This document shows, piece after piece, positions 62,968 through 64,000 of a stretch of DNA of 64,000 bases. The stretch is from Heterodontus francisci (Eukaryota). The position numbers were made by a program, and so were the translations under genes. The stretch is taken from positions 32,605,412 to 32,669,411 of the forward strand of contig NC_090402.1 of assembly GCF_036365525.1 (NCBI RefSeq), given 5' to 3'. A model generated the notes under the pieces. It searched no databases, was not told the origin of the DNA, and worked only from the letters and a program-made list of their open reading frames with translations. Positions within the stretch are counted from its first letter, which is position 1. The number at the start of each line of letters is the position of its first letter.

Positions 62968-63215
62968 AAGAAACAAAGACTTGTATTTATATAATGTCTT
63001 GCAGACCCTCAGGACATTCAAAACTGTTCCACAGCCAATTAATTAATATTTGAAGTGTAGTTACTGTTGCTTTGTAAGCAAATACAGCAGCCAAAAATGC
63101 GCACAGCAAGTTCCCAGACAGCAATGAGATAATGATTAATTAAACAATTTTGGTGGTATTGGTTGAGGGATAAAGAGCCATCTCTTCAAATAGTGCCATG
63201 GGATCTTTTTTGTTC
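62968..63215 (-). mobile_element. Deu-domain SINE relic
   Basis: aaagacttgtatttatataatg..ttgaagtgtagttactgttg..tcttcaaatagtgccatgggatctttt. Confidence 0.82.
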
Positions 63216-63424
63216 ACGTGAACTTTAGATAGGTTTTCCACCTCACATACAGCACTGAACCTACTTGTGTAGTTGCGCATTTATATGATGCCTTTCATGT
63301 TGAAACTTCTCCAAGTTCTTTACAACGGTCCCATGATGCTTATGGATGAGGAAAACCCTTTTGCCTATCTTCTTTCATCCATCTCGAAGGATCCTAATTT
63401 TCCTATTGTAGCTTCCAATTATTT

Positions 63425-63785
63425 CTTAGAATGATTTCAGGGTTTGTGGCTCCACTATTCTATTTGGAAGAAATTTATTCTGTGAGTTGATTACTCTTGT
63501 TATGAAAAAGAATTTCATGATGCCAGACCTAACATGATATTTTACCAGTTTCAACCTATGCCCCCAAGTTCTGCTACCACAGTTTAATTCAAAGTAATAT
63601 TCCAAGTTAACTTTTTGTCTACCTTTGACAATCATATACCTTTTATACCTCTCAGTCACCTTCTTTTTCTAGACTGAAAAGCCCAAGTTTCTCCAGTCTT
63701 TCCTCATAACACACAGTCCTGAGAGTGGGGATCAGCCTCCTGGTTCTTCTCTGCATTGCCCCCAGCACTTGAATGCCTCTGTTGT
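63425..63785 (-). mobile_element. Old CR1 3' fragment
   Basis: ORF 63426-63659 RTWGHRLKL..FFFITRVIN. Confidence 0.7.
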
Positions 63786-64000
63786 ATTTACTTCAAGCGT
63801 AGCATGTGATTATGAATGCTGGGCACTATACATGTGAAGCTGAATTTTATCAGCTCTCTAGGGACAGACAGGGAGGCAGGAGAGTCCTTAGAATTGCGAG
63901 GGAAGGCGGGGGAAGGGGTGGAGTGCCTGTCGCCTTCCCGATGCCATTTAACTTAATCGAGGCGGGTAAGGCCGAGGATGACACCCAGAGGCCACTTAAG

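Overview
Eukaryotic, repeat-dense vertebrate DNA. The repeat content (HE1/V-SINE-type and Deu-domain SINEs, CR1 LINEs with esterase ORF1, L2, RTE, Penelope, LF-SINE-like relics) points to a cartilaginous fish (shark/ray). The only intact host genes I can support are two tandem, same-strand, intronless-CDS class A GPCR paralogues of the P2Y-like delta group (7001-7981 and 36048-37055). Each lies just downstream of a splice acceptor, and both lack some of the basic residues that P2Y receptors use to bind nucleotides. The rest is a nested mosaic of retroelements and DNA-transposon relics. Most interesting: (i) an ORF1-less LINE whose 5' end is a tRNA-like SINE head, alongside short head+tail derivatives with different junctions; (ii) ~100-nt Penelope-derived modules with a minimal hammerhead core inserted on their own with TSDs; (iii) two long inverted-repeat structures, each ~1.1-1.2 kb upstream of a GPCR coding exon; (iv) a young hAT MITE with a perfect 8-bp TSD; (v) a start-stop uORF before the second GPCR. 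No prokaryotic system or CRISPR is present. Repeat boundaries were read by eye and are approximate unless a TSD is quoted; family names are from recognition, not database searches.
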